Of a DNA stretch of 64,000 bases, positions 47,851 to 57,361 are shown piece by piece. Both the position numbers and the translations under genes were made by a program. This stretch comes from a virus, in IMG/VR virus record IMGVR_UViG_3300021602_000003, positions 64,001 to 128,000 of that record, one strand, 5' to 3'. Every line of letters begins with the position of its first letter. Position 1 is the stretch's first letter. The notes beneath the pieces were generated by a model. It searched no databases. It worked only from the letters and a program-made list of their open reading frames with translations, and was not told where the DNA came from.

Positions 47851-49625
47851 CATTTGCAAATTATTTGCCAGAAGCATTTCTATTAGAGGACGTTGCACTG
47901 ACTAAAGGTAGTCAGCGTGTTATGAGCGATAAGACTTTAGTAAGCGGCCTGGCAGCAAGAGTGAGAAGAGATGCGGATTTTAATCCGTCTGTCTTTCCAC
48001 CTAATGCAGATAGGAAATTTGAAAAGGCATCCGACGAAGATGTTGCAAAGTGGTTTCTTGAAAATATCGATAAGATAGAAAAAGAAGGGTATGAAGGTAC
48101 TATATATTCTAGAGACGGAATGTATAGCGACTGGATTGTTAGACGATATATTGCAGGTAGTCACAACTGGGAAGATTTGAAGGGTGTGATGAATATGAAT
48201 CTTAGGGATTGGACAATTCTTAAGAATCGTAACGAATTAGACCCCGCTCACAAAGAAGTTTCCAAATTTAAGAGTGTGCGCGAAATCGGTGCATACATGG
48301 TTCATCACTATCAAGATAAGTTAGAGGATGTTCGCAATGCTGCAAAATTTGCCGCCAGGGATAAAATGGCTCGGGCTATTCCGCTTATTAATAATGCAGA
48401 TTATAAAATTACAGTTGCTTTAAACAGAGCAGCAGCATGTAAATTAGGATCCGGAACACAGTGGTGTACTGCAAATTCTACATATGGAGATATGTTTAAG
48501 AGATATGCTGGTGAGGCAATGTTATATCAGATGTATCCTGCTGTGCCGGAAACAATCAGTAAGAAAAGTAGTATGACAGGTAAAGAAATAACAGGTAAAG
48601 AAAAATATCAGTTTGGTCCGGATTCAGGATTATCTTTTAAAGATATAGCAGACGAAAATGTTAAGCCTGAGGATATAAGAACAAAATTTCCTTACTTGTA
48701 TACAGATCTTGTTGCTGCATTAAAACAGAATAAGGCCAAAATTGTAGAATTAGAAAAGACATTTTCAGAAGACCCCGCATTGCAAGATCCCGATATGAGT
48801 AAGATTAGGACATATAATGTAGATGAAGAAATTACAAAATTAAAGAAGTTTATAACTGCCGGATATATGACAGACGAAGTTCGTCCTAAAGAGCACGTAG
48901 AGAAGGATGATGCCGGGCAAGAACAACCGCAACTATCACCGCCGGTTGAGACGCTGCCACAAGCTGCACCTATGGAAAGTATCACAGAATTTGCTCGAAG
49001 AATGTTAGAAGGTAAAACTAATAAAGACGAGTTAGACGAAGAAGATTTAGAAGACACAGATTCAGATTTAGGATCAATGGGCGCCGGCGCTGGCCCAACG
49101 GGAGGCGGAAAATTTCCGCCAGGTACAGCACCAACAATGCCGGAATCATTTAATAATAAAGGAACAGAGATCATGGAAAATGTAGATAAAGATGTAGCAG
49201 CAATGCTTAAGAATTTAAAGAAATATGACAGGTTGGTAGAATCGTGTGCACCAGTGTTAATGGCTCGTCCAAAACCATATATAGCAGAGAAGGAAGAGGT
49301 TGAGGAAGAAGATATCGAAGAAGGGTGGGACGAAGATCAGGCTAAGAAAGAAAAGCTTAAGGCTCCTCCAGAAGAAGTAAATCTCGAAGAAGGCAAGCCG
49401 TGGGAAGCAGACAAGGAAGAAGATAAGAAAGAAGCCAAGACAGGCGATAAGACTAAGACACATAAGGGTGGCGAAGTTACTAAGACAAAAGATGGCCTGA
49501 CCCATAAAGGAACTTATGGTTCTGATAAGGCTAAGGACAAAGTCGACGAAGGCGCTGATCCAGAGGTGCTAGAATGGATGAGTCGTTTCTCTAAACTCGG
49601 TAACATGAAAGGCTACGGTCGTTAA
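47847..49625 (+). CDS. Large modular late protein with a TxWCT-motif domain
   Basis: AACKLGSGTQWCTA; acidic C-terminal region. Confidence 0.7.
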   Translation: MTFANYLPEAFLLEDVALTKGSQRVMSDKTLVSGLAARVRRDADFNPSVFPPNADRKFEKASDEDVAKWFLENIDKIEKEGYEGTIYSRDGMYSDWIVRRYIAGSHNWEDLKGVMNMNLRDWTILKNRNELDPAHKEVSKFKSVREIGAYMVHHYQDKLEDVRNAAKFAARDKMARAIPLINNADYKITVALNRAAACKLGSGTQWCTANSTYGDMFKRYAGEAMLYQMYPAVPETISKKSSMTGKEITGKEKYQFGPDSGLSFKDIADENVKPEDIRTKFPYLYTDLVAALKQNKAKIVELEKTFSEDPALQDPDMSKIRTYNVDEEITKLKKFITAGYMTDEVRPKEHVEKDDAGQEQPQLSPPVETLPQAAPMESITEFARRMLEGKTNKDELDEEDLEDTDSDLGSMGAGAGPTGGGKFPPGTAPTMPESFNNKGTEIMENVDKDVAAMLKNLKKYDRLVESCAPVLMARPKPYIAEKEEVEEEDIEEGWDEDQAKKEKLKAPPEEVNLEEGKPWEADKEEDKKEAKTGDKTKTHKGGEVTKTKDGLTHKGTYGSDKAKDKVDEGADPEVLEWMSRFSKLGNMKGYGR

Positions 49626-49626
49626 T

Positions 49627-49890
49627 ATGAACTTAGATGAATTCTCGAGCGGTAAGAAAAAACCGATACCAGAAGCAACGGGCGATGCCAAGTTTGACAG
49701 TATGCTTGGAAAAATTGCCGGCAATACGGAACCGCAAGGATTCGATAGTGCCAGAGCAGAAAGAGTTAAGGCTGGATCGGAAAATCCTACAGCCGAAACA
49801 ATTGATGCGTTAAATGAAATGATGTTCAATATGCATAAATCTATGCAGACTGCTAACGCACTATTACAAAAATTGACTCAAGGTAAATAA
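49627..49890 (+). CDS. Hypothetical late protein
   Basis: 87 aa; EATGDAKFDSMLGKI. Confidence 0.65.
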   Translation: MNLDEFSSGKKKPIPEATGDAKFDSMLGKIAGNTEPQGFDSARAERVKAGSENPTAETIDALNEMMFNMHKSMQTANALLQKLTQGK

Positions 49891-49988
49891 TATCTCCCCT
49901 TAATGGCACTTCTGTGCCATTATTCTTGGGTGAGTTATTGACTTTCGAGTAAGTAAGTATTATACTTATGTTTACTGGAGAGAACTGA

Positions 49989-50765
49989 ATGTCGCAAAAA
50001 GAAGATTTTTTACAATCCTGCCTAATCGTAGATACTGAAACCACGAGTAATAATTTCAATACAGCACAGATTATTGAGCTAGGATTTGTTATTAGGGAAG
50101 ATGATAGTTGGACTATTTTCCAAGACTTACATAAGCCCGTTACCGGAATTATACCGCCAAAGATTGAATCCATCTGTTATATAACTAACAAGATGGTTGA
50201 AGATAAAACTACATTTGCAGAATCTTCCGAAGTATTCCAGTCAGTAGTAGACGGATATGTAAATGGGTATATGGTTGCACATAATCATTTATATGATATG
50301 CGTGTTTTAAACAAACACGGTATTGATACATCTAAACATAATTGGCTATGCACCTTTAAATTATCTAAAAAGATATTTAATGAGATGCCAGAGATTGAAG
50401 AAATGAATCTACCCTACTTAAGATTTGCACTCGAGTTAGATGTGCCCATCGAAATGCATTGCCATCGTGCAGGCAATGATTGTTTTATGACAGGCAGATT
50501 GTTAGAAGCACTTGTCGATTTTATGGAATCTATGAACGTATTAGATTTAGATAAACCTTACGGTCCACAGATTCTTAAATGGATGGCCGAACCAACACTT
50601 TATAAATTTATGCCTTTTGGAAAACATAAAGGCGTACCAATGAACGAAATTCCTTCCAGCTACTGGAAGTGGGCGATAGAAAAAACAGACTGGTTCGACG
50701 ATACGGCAGATAACTATGATGCAGACCTTGCAGCAAGTATTAATGCTGTATTAGAAAGAGAATAA
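49989..50765 (+). CDS. DEDDh 3'-5' exonuclease (ExoX/DnaQ-like)
   Basis: VDTETT, VAHN..YD, HRAGND, C-terminal MPFGKHKG; promoter 49938-49966. Confidence 0.88.
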   Translation: MSQKEDFLQSCLIVDTETTSNNFNTAQIIELGFVIREDDSWTIFQDLHKPVTGIIPPKIESICYITNKMVEDKTTFAESSEVFQSVVDGYVNGYMVAHNHLYDMRVLNKHGIDTSKHNWLCTFKLSKKIFNEMPEIEEMNLPYLRFALELDVPIEMHCHRAGNDCFMTGRLLEALVDFMESMNVLDLDKPYGPQILKWMAEPTLYKFMPFGKHKGVPMNEIPSSYWKWAIEKTDWFDDTADNYDADLAASINAVLERE

Positions 50766-50826
50766 GACTTACAATTTAGTCGGTGTATAAGACACTAAAA
50801 ATTGAAACACATAATAAGGAAATTGT

Positions 50827-51012
50827 ATGACAACATTGGATCAAATTAGAGAGGCTATGGTAGCCTTGGAAAAAGAAGATGCTAAATTTGTGGGTGGAAA
50901 TGCTTCTGCAGGAACTCGCGCACGTAAGGCATTGGGCGATCTGGCTAAGTTAGCTAAGACACGCCGCGCTGAAATTACAGACGAAAAGAACGCTCGTAAA
51001 GAAGCTAAGTAA
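50827..51012 (+). CDS. Small basic nucleoid-type protein (Hc1-like)
   Basis: KF..GNASAGTRARKAL..LAKLAK.RRAEI. Confidence 0.7.
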   Translation: MTTLDQIREAMVALEKEDAKFVGGNASAGTRARKALGDLAKLAKTRRAEITDEKNARKEAK

Positions 51013-51013
51013 T

Positions 51014-51403
51014 TTATTGCCCGTTATTGTTACGGGCAGCATCCATCGTTTGTGCTGTAAGCATCTTAGATGGATTAGGTTCATATCTTTGAACCTTATG
51101 ATTATAAGGCAAACCTGCAGCAGCAAGAGCATATTGCAATCCGCGGTAACCCGGGGATTGTAGTTTGCTTTCTTTAGGCACGTTTGTATATTCGGGCTGT
51201 GATTTAGTTACAGGTTTCATGAATACAGGAACAACACCTTCGCTGAACCATTCTTTGAAGTACTCGTCGTAATATTTGGCATTCTTTTTCTGATATTTGA
51301 CTACTTCGGGATTGTAGAATTTTTCGTAATCTTTACCAGCTTCTTTATAAAAACGGGCAACAACATCGGTAGGTGATTCTAAGAGTAAGTCTTTAAATTT
51401 CAT
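51014..51403 (-). CDS. Hypothetical late protein
   Basis: GATAAATA on minus strand 51416-51409 then MKFKDLLLE. Confidence 0.7.
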   Translation of the reverse strand: MKFKDLLLESPTDVVARFYKEAGKDYEKFYNPEVVKYQKKNAKYYDEYFKEWFSEGVVPVFMKPVTKSQPEYTNVPKESKLQSPGYRGLQYALAAAGLPYNHKVQRYEPNPSKMLTAQTMDAARNNNGQ

Positions 51404-51423
51404 ATTACTATTTATCAAATAAG

Positions 51424-51642
51424 ATGACACTATACGATGTGCCCATCAATTATACAGGGATAGTAGACCAACTTGTAGAAACTGGCTACCATCATATCAT
51501 TCATCGTCTTGGCGAGTTAGGATTCATTACAGGCGAGCCCGTAATGGTTGTCGCTCGAAATAAAGGCGCTATAGCAGTTCGCATAGGAGATTCTATGTTT
51601 GCATTGAATAAAATAGAAGCAAGTTGCATTCGAGTATCTTGA
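51424..51642 (+). CDS. feoA: FeoA-domain protein
   Basis: RLGELGF..G..V.VV......AIAVRIGDSMFAL...EA..I.V. Confidence 0.8.
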   Translation: MTLYDVPINYTGIVDQLVETGYHHIIHRLGELGFITGEPVMVVARNKGAIAVRIGDSMFALNKIEASCIRVS

Positions 51643-51707
51643 CTTATATAGTTAAGTTTTATATACTACTATACAGATTTATCTAATTACATAAAGGAAA
51701 ACAAATT

Positions 51708-52298
51708 ATGGCACATTTTTGGCCGACAGTCGTTGAAACATCATCTAAGGGTGAAAGAGCATATGATCTAGCAAGCAGATTAATGCGAGAACGAGTTATT
51801 TTCCTTAACGGAGAAGTGACAGATCAAATGTCTGAGATAGCAGTAGCGCAATTGTTATTCTTGGAGGCAGAAAACCCGGAGCAAGATATTCATGTATATA
51901 TCAATAGCCCCGGAGGAAGTGTTACAGCAGGTTTAGCAATTACGGACCTATTTGAATATGTAAAACCTGATATTTGTACCTATGTGACAGGTCAGGCAGC
52001 AAGCATGGGTTCTTTGTTTCTTGCAGCCGGCGCCAAAGGTAAACGATACTCATTACCTAATGCTACTATTATGATTCATCAAGTATTATCGGGATATAGT
52101 GGTCAAGCTTCAGATATCGAACTTCATACAAACGAAACACTGTATCTAAAGCGCAAACTCAACAAGATGTTATCAGATTTTACTTACGGTAAAACGGATT
52201 ATGATACAATGGTTACGTTGACAGATCGAGATAATTTCTTAAGGCCGGAGAAGGCATTAGAAATCGGTCTTATCGATCATATTATTTCCAAAAGGTAA
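51708..52298 (+). CDS. clpP: ATP-dependent Clp protease proteolytic subunit
   Basis: [16 protein letters not shown] (Ser), IMIHQ (His), DRDNF (Asp). Confidence 0.95.
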   Translation: MAHFWPTVVETSSKGERAYDLASRLMRERVIFLNGEVTDQMSEIAVAQLLFLEAENPEQDIHVYINSPGGSVTAGLAITDLFEYVKPDICTYVTGQAASMGSLFLAAGAKGKRYSLPNATIMIHQVLSGYSGQASDIELHTNETLYLKRKLNKMLSDFTYGKTDYDTMVTLTDRDNFLRPEKALEIGLIDHIISKR

Positions 52299-52306
52299 AT
52301 ATAGTA

Positions 52307-52624
52307 ATGAAAATTACAGACGCAGCAAGATTAAAAATGATTGATGTTTTACGTGGCGAAACTACACCACTATTACGATTCGGACTTCAGGGTGGAGGAT
52401 GTGCTGGCATGAACTACTATTTTGCGGTAGAAACCACTAAAGAAGAAGATGACCTCGAATATATCTTGCAGGATGAATATAAACTTTTGGTAGACGCAGC
52501 CAGCAGCATGTATTTAGAAGAAGCAGAGATAGATTACAAAAAGGACCTTATGGGAGAATCCTTCGTGTTCAACAACCCCACGGTAAAATCCAGTTGTGGA
52601 TGTGGTCAAAGTGTCTTATTTTGA
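52307..52624 (+). CDS. A-type Fe-S carrier (IscA/ErpA/HesB family)
   Basis: GGGCAG, F.FNNP..KSSCGCG.S. Confidence 0.9.
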   Translation: MKITDAARLKMIDVLRGETTPLLRFGLQGGGCAGMNYYFAVETTKEEDDLEYILQDEYKLLVDAASSMYLEEAEIDYKKDLMGESFVFNNPTVKSSCGCGQSVLF

Positions 52625-52627
52625 TAG

Positions 52628-52891
52628 GGATCAAAAAATCTAAATAATTCAGGTTGGATTAGACAGCATATTTTTGTAATACAAGAAGAATTAGGACATA
52701 TTATACCTGATGGTTATGTAGTTCATCATATAGATGGTGATAAAAGAAACAATAAGCGGGAAAATTTAGCTCTTCTTACAGTACAAGAACACAATAATGC
52801 ACATGCTAAATCAGAATTATTAATTTTTGAATTAGTAAAGAAGGGTATTATTAAATTTGATACCTTGACAAAACTATATGATTTCCTATAA
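52628..52891 (+). pseudogene. 5'-truncated HNH endonuclease remnant
   Basis: Open frame ...RQHIFVIQEELGHIIPDGYVVHHIDGDKRNNKRENLALLT...H with no ATG/GTG start, behind TGA TAG. Confidence 0.7.
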
Positions 52892-52914
52892 ATACGTTAT
52901 TATAAAGGTAACGT

Positions 52915-53637
52915 ATGGCACCATCTAAGGCATTATTGAGTGTAGAGGTATTGAGGGCAATTTACGAATATGGGTTGGGGTGGTTATTAAATGTACCCCT
53001 CCAATTTATTTCGCCCAAAGGTGATAATCACCCTGTAATAATTATACCCGGTCTTGGCACATCAGATGGTTCGACACACTTTATCAGACATTTTTTAACA
53101 AGTTTAGGTTACGACACTCATCCTTGGGGACTAGGTAGAAATCTGGGACCTAAGGATGGTATGGATGTACTTCTAGACAAACTAGTTGAAAGAACCGAGT
53201 ATGTATCAAAGGCATCCGATGGGCAACAAGTCAGTATAATAGGATGGAGTTTGGGTGGTATATACGCACGAGAGATAGCGAAAGTAATTCCCGATACAGT
53301 AAGACAAGTGATCACGCTAGGGACACCGTTCAAAGGTACCGACAGTACAAATGCTACCTTGCTATATGAATTGCTGAGCAAAGACACGAGCCACAAAGAT
53401 CCCGATATATTAAGGAAAATAGCAGAACCGCCACCTGTGCCGTTTACCTCTATATATAGCAGAACAGACGGTGTAGTTCATTGGGAATCTTCTATCGAAA
53501 TATCCGGCGCACAGTACGAAAATATCGAAGTGCCCGGTGCATGCCATCTAGGATTAGGTCATAATCCCATATCTATGTTTATTATTGCAAATAGATTATC
53601 ACAGACAAAAGATAACTGGGCGCCATATAAAATCTAG
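52915..53637 (+). CDS. Alpha/beta hydrolase (lipase/esterase-like)
   Basis: IIPGLG, GWSLGG nucleophile elbow, DGVV, HLGL. Confidence 0.9.
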   Translation: MAPSKALLSVEVLRAIYEYGLGWLLNVPLQFISPKGDNHPVIIIPGLGTSDGSTHFIRHFLTSLGYDTHPWGLGRNLGPKDGMDVLLDKLVERTEYVSKASDGQQVSIIGWSLGGIYAREIAKVIPDTVRQVITLGTPFKGTDSTNATLLYELLSKDTSHKDPDILRKIAEPPPVPFTSIYSRTDGVVHWESSIEISGAQYENIEVPGACHLGLGHNPISMFIIANRLSQTKDNWAPYKI

Positions 53638-53705
53638 TCCTGTGTCATTAGATTGACAAAACTTACAACTGTTGCTATAATACTACATTAACTAGATAGG
53701 ATAGC

Positions 53706-53936
53706 ATGGAAAAAGATATGTATGTACCCATGAATGAGATGAACCTACATAAAGATATTGTTTGGACTTGTACACATCTGAATATTCCTTATTATGAAAT
53801 TGCCAGAAGAGGCATTGTTATGTGGTGCGTTGATAATTTAGAAGCACACTGGACTATGTTGGGTGGTAATAAATTTGGATTTGAAGATAGTACAGATGCA
53901 TTAATGTTTAAGATACAATTCGGTTTAGGAAGTTAA
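53706..53936 (+). CDS. Hypothetical protein
   Basis: 76 aa, WC...W.....F.FED..DA..FK; sigma70 promoter upstream. Confidence 0.7.
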   Translation: MEKDMYVPMNEMNLHKDIVWTCTHLNIPYYEIARRGIVMWCVDNLEAHWTMLGGNKFGFEDSTDALMFKIQFGLGS

Positions 53937-53942
53937 TTCATA

Positions 53943-55109
53943 ATGATAAATGTTGCAAAGACTATTTATTTCGGATGTGATCCGACAAGTCAGTCACACG
54001 AGCTACCAGAAGCAGAAGTAATTCCGTACGGCGATTCTAACGCTGAAAGAAAGAAACTCGAAGTAATCAGTAATCGATATTCAGATATCAAAGAATATGA
54101 AAATATACCTCTGCCGGGTTTTACACTACATAAAACTAAAAATAAGAATTATTCGACTAGTACAAAATGGTTAGTTATTGATCCACGTGGAATATTAGTT
54201 AGCATAACTACTCAGAACCTAGAAGAGATATTACATGTAACAGGTATCATCGAAGGACTAATACAGCAAAAGTGTGTATGGGCAAGAGAAGATTCTGATA
54301 CAAAGATGAAATTGGTACCTATAAATTCCGATACATATCTTGAAGCAATTAAAAATACAGAACTACTAGATAGTAAAGTAAATATACAAGACGTATCTAT
54401 CGGCGATACTGTTCTTTTACAGAATGGTTTACAAGGCAGATATATGGGTGTAGCATCGTTATATGGCACACTGAATAATTACACAACACCTGCCGACTAT
54501 AAAACACAAACATATTTACGTAGGCAGATCCTAGAAGTAGGGCCGGATAAATTTTATTATAATGCAGATCTGAAAATACTGAAAATTATTGAAAAAGATA
54601 CGACAGGAATGACAAGAGCTCAAGCTATAAAACAATTGAACGAATCTATTCAAAGAAAGAATTCGTATTTTGGTAGCTCATATCAAATGACACTGAATCA
54701 TGCACATTATTTTTCTGGAGACGGCTTAATTAAATATGTATCTGATATTTCTGTGCCTAAGGTAGATATAACTCTAGAAGAAATAGATATCGTTGAAGCA
54801 GCAGAATTGTTTGCTAGTGCAAGAACATGCGAAGATATAGGTGTGCTAATATTGGAGAAAACAAATAAAACTAGATATATAATAGATCTGCCATATATCT
54901 GGGGATCTGCTGTTCTTCCTTCGGGAAAATTTAAAATATGTAATATAGTAGCTAATAAAAATGCAGAAGATATTCATAAGATTACATTAGGGAAGCCTAG
55001 ACGATCTATATTTGCATCCGCCAAACAAACAAATGATGAATACAGTTTGGCAGATTTCAAGAAGTTCTATAAAATGATTAAGTACGTAAGAAAAGAAACA
55101 TACATTTAA
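53943..55109 (+). CDS. Hypothetical protein
   Basis: 388 aa; N.P..GF, IDPRG, CVWAR motifs. Confidence 0.7.
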   Translation: MINVAKTIYFGCDPTSQSHELPEAEVIPYGDSNAERKKLEVISNRYSDIKEYENIPLPGFTLHKTKNKNYSTSTKWLVIDPRGILVSITTQNLEEILHVTGIIEGLIQQKCVWAREDSDTKMKLVPINSDTYLEAIKNTELLDSKVNIQDVSIGDTVLLQNGLQGRYMGVASLYGTLNNYTTPADYKTQTYLRRQILEVGPDKFYYNADLKILKIIEKDTTGMTRAQAIKQLNESIQRKNSYFGSSYQMTLNHAHYFSGDGLIKYVSDISVPKVDITLEEIDIVEAAELFASARTCEDIGVLILEKTNKTRYIIDLPYIWGSAVLPSGKFKICNIVANKNAEDIHKITLGKPRRSIFASAKQTNDEYSLADFKKFYKMIKYVRKETYI

Positions 55110-55117
55110 GGAAAATA

Positions 55118-55582
55118 ATGACAAAGAAAATTACAAATACAGTAGATTTGAATCTATATACCAACTTCGTGGAAGCAATAACTAGTAAGGAGAGTGAAGA
55201 TCTAACAACTTTTATGAATAGTTTGGATAGACTGGATGCTAACTTCGAAGTGTTTGAAGGTGGCGCCACTGCTAAACACGGGCCCGATGTAAATGTTTCG
55301 TTATTGATTACTGGAGCTATGGGTATGTGCGGTGAATCGGGGGAATTTAGCGAGATTGTAAAAAAACTTATATTTCATTCCAAACCGCTAACACCTGAAG
55401 TTCACCAACATTTACAGAAAGAATTGGGTGATATTATTTTTTATTGGACGAATACTTGCCGCAGTCTGGGTGTAGACCCAAATACTATTATCCAGATGAA
55501 TGTTGATAAATTGTCTTCGAGATACCCCGGCGGAGTATTTTCGGTAGAAAGATCGGAAAACCGCGAAGCGGGAGATATCTAA
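55118..55582 (+). CDS. MazG-like nucleotide pyrophosphohydrolase
   Basis: GESGEFSEIVKK, KELGDIIFY, NVDKLSSRYP. Confidence 0.88.
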   Translation: MTKKITNTVDLNLYTNFVEAITSKESEDLTTFMNSLDRLDANFEVFEGGATAKHGPDVNVSLLITGAMGMCGESGEFSEIVKKLIFHSKPLTPEVHQHLQKELGDIIFYWTNTCRSLGVDPNTIIQMNVDKLSSRYPGGVFSVERSENREAGDI

Positions 55583-55635
55583 CATATAATATCACCTATT
55601 TCTTTTATTTATGATAAATAAGTAGGAGGCATATT

Positions 55636-56544
55636 ATGAACAAGACATCTAAATTTTTAGAAATGATAGCAAGAGTTAGGTTGGACAGGGCAACCGTATA
55701 TAATTATGACAATGTGAATTATGTAAATAATTCTACTAAAATTAAAATCGGGTGTCCTGTGCACGGTGAATTCGAACAGCGACCAGCAGATCACAGATCT
55801 AATTCCGGTTGTCCCGAGTGTGGAAGACTTAAGGCTATAGAAACTAATTTAATAAAATATGGAACAACAAATCCAGCATCATCTAAAATCATTAAAGATA
55901 AGATCCGGGCAATATTTATAAAGAAATATGATGGAATAGATAATCCTTCTAAAGTAGCGTCAGTTAAATTACAGAAAGAAGATACTTGTTTAAAGAACTA
56001 CGGTGTTAAACACCCGTGGCAGTCATCGGAGATACAGGATCGTAAGAAATTAACAAATATCAACAGATATGGGTTTGAAAGCCCGATGAAGAATAAAGAT
56101 ATTTCTGCCAAGGCTGTTGCGACTAAAATTGCCAATGGCGGATTTGACCGATCGAATTCGAGTAAAGAAGCAACCGAATATATCAGAAATTATATACGGG
56201 AGAAATCTTATATTATAGATCAGTGCGCGTATGCTGATTTCGAAGCCGGTCTATATGAATGGGGGATTTATAAGAATGGTAGATGGATATTATACGACCT
56301 TGTTGTATTCGAACCAGGATACAGGGGCGATAAGACAAAAATTGTCGAAATACTTGAATATCACGGCCCATTCCATTATAATACAGAGGAAGTCGAGGTC
56401 CGAGGGGAAGATAATGCTTATCCTTGGAAAACAAACAGGACGACAATTAAAGAGAGTTATGATAGAGATGTCGAAAAAGAAACAATAGGCAGAACAATGA
56501 CATCAAATTATAATATAGTATGGTCTAAAGAAGGAGATATTTAA
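55636..56544 (+). CDS. Putative homing endonuclease (Zn-ribbon, KYG-x-x-NP repeats, C-terminal PD-(D/E)XK-type nuclease)
   Basis: KIKIGCPVHGEFEQ...H....GCPEC; KYG repeats; YDL...ILEYHG..H; GATAAATA 55613. Confidence 0.75.
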   Translation: MNKTSKFLEMIARVRLDRATVYNYDNVNYVNNSTKIKIGCPVHGEFEQRPADHRSNSGCPECGRLKAIETNLIKYGTTNPASSKIIKDKIRAIFIKKYDGIDNPSKVASVKLQKEDTCLKNYGVKHPWQSSEIQDRKKLTNINRYGFESPMKNKDISAKAVATKIANGGFDRSNSSKEATEYIRNYIREKSYIIDQCAYADFEAGLYEWGIYKNGRWILYDLVVFEPGYRGDKTKIVEILEYHGPFHYNTEEVEVRGEDNAYPWKTNRTTIKESYDRDVEKETIGRTMTSNYNIVWSKEGDI

Positions 56545-56849
56545 TGAGTTTTAAAAAACTGTGTAGGAAATTGCTTAACTGGATACACTCCGATGAGGCA
56601 AATTTGATAGGATCGGACCCGCGGCCATTAAGAAAACACAACGCAATGCTTTCAAACGGTGAATTCGAAGATTCATCTGGTTTGTCGTTTGTTGTATATT
56701 CGGCAAAGGGCGGCGGCAAGATAATTCAAACAGTAAGTTATGATCGATTAATGGATACAAGAAAGACAGGCCTGTACATTATTGCTAACGATGATGATTT
56801 CGGGGAAGAACTTTCGCAAATTATCACAAGAGAGATGTTGTCAAGATAA
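56544..56849 (+). CDS. Hypothetical protein
   Basis: 101 aa coupled ORF. Confidence 0.7.
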   Translation: MSFKKLCRKLLNWIHSDEANLIGSDPRPLRKHNAMLSNGEFEDSSGLSFVVYSAKGGGKIIQTVSYDRLMDTRKTGLYIIANDDDFGEELSQIITREMLSR

Positions 56850-57310
56850 TGGATGTACTAAACCCAAAATGGGCCAGCCGCCTATTAGGAATGGCTAAAG
56901 ATGTGTCGACTTGGTCCAAAGACGAATCGACCAAAGTAGGTGCAGTTATTACTACATTAGATGGTTCTCCAGTTTCTTGGGGGTTTAATGGTATGGCTAA
57001 AGGTATAGATGATACTGTAGAGGAACGTAAAGAAAGACCCCTTAAGTATAAATGGATGTGCCATGCCGAACGCAATGCTATGGATTTATCTCCACGTGCT
57101 GACTTAACTGACTGTGTTATGTTTGTTACATTCTCACCGTGTACTAATTGCGCCCAGTCTATTATTCAACGTGGCATTAAGACAGTTGTTATTGATGCAC
57201 AATTCACGGCCGAGAAGTCTCCCGAAAGATGGCAAGAAGATATGCTTGTTGCTTTGGAAATGATGAAAGAATCCGGAGTAAAAGTTTTTGCATATCCGTC
57301 CGAAGGTTGA
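56849..57310 (+). CDS. dCMP deaminase
   Basis: SKD.STKVGAVI, GFNG, HAERNA, PCTNC. Confidence 0.92.
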   Translation: MDVLNPKWASRLLGMAKDVSTWSKDESTKVGAVITTLDGSPVSWGFNGMAKGIDDTVEERKERPLKYKWMCHAERNAMDLSPRADLTDCVMFVTFSPCTNCAQSIIQRGIKTVVIDAQFTAEKSPERWQEDMLVALEMMKESGVKVFAYPSEG

Positions 57311-57361
57311 CCCATCAGTGTATATATAGTAAAATAAACACTTATTTATAGAAAGCGTAAT

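Noticed and set aside
40730-52624. Bacterial chromosome segment or chimeric assembly (clpX, clpP, rpsU, iscA, feoA)
   Set aside because: These genes are interleaved with phage late genes, share the same composition and promoter motifs, and lack bacterial operon context
52622-52627. Stop-codon reassignment suggested by in-frame HNH after TGA TAG
   Set aside because: Conserved genes across the window are full length in the standard code and end in TAA, TAG and TGA
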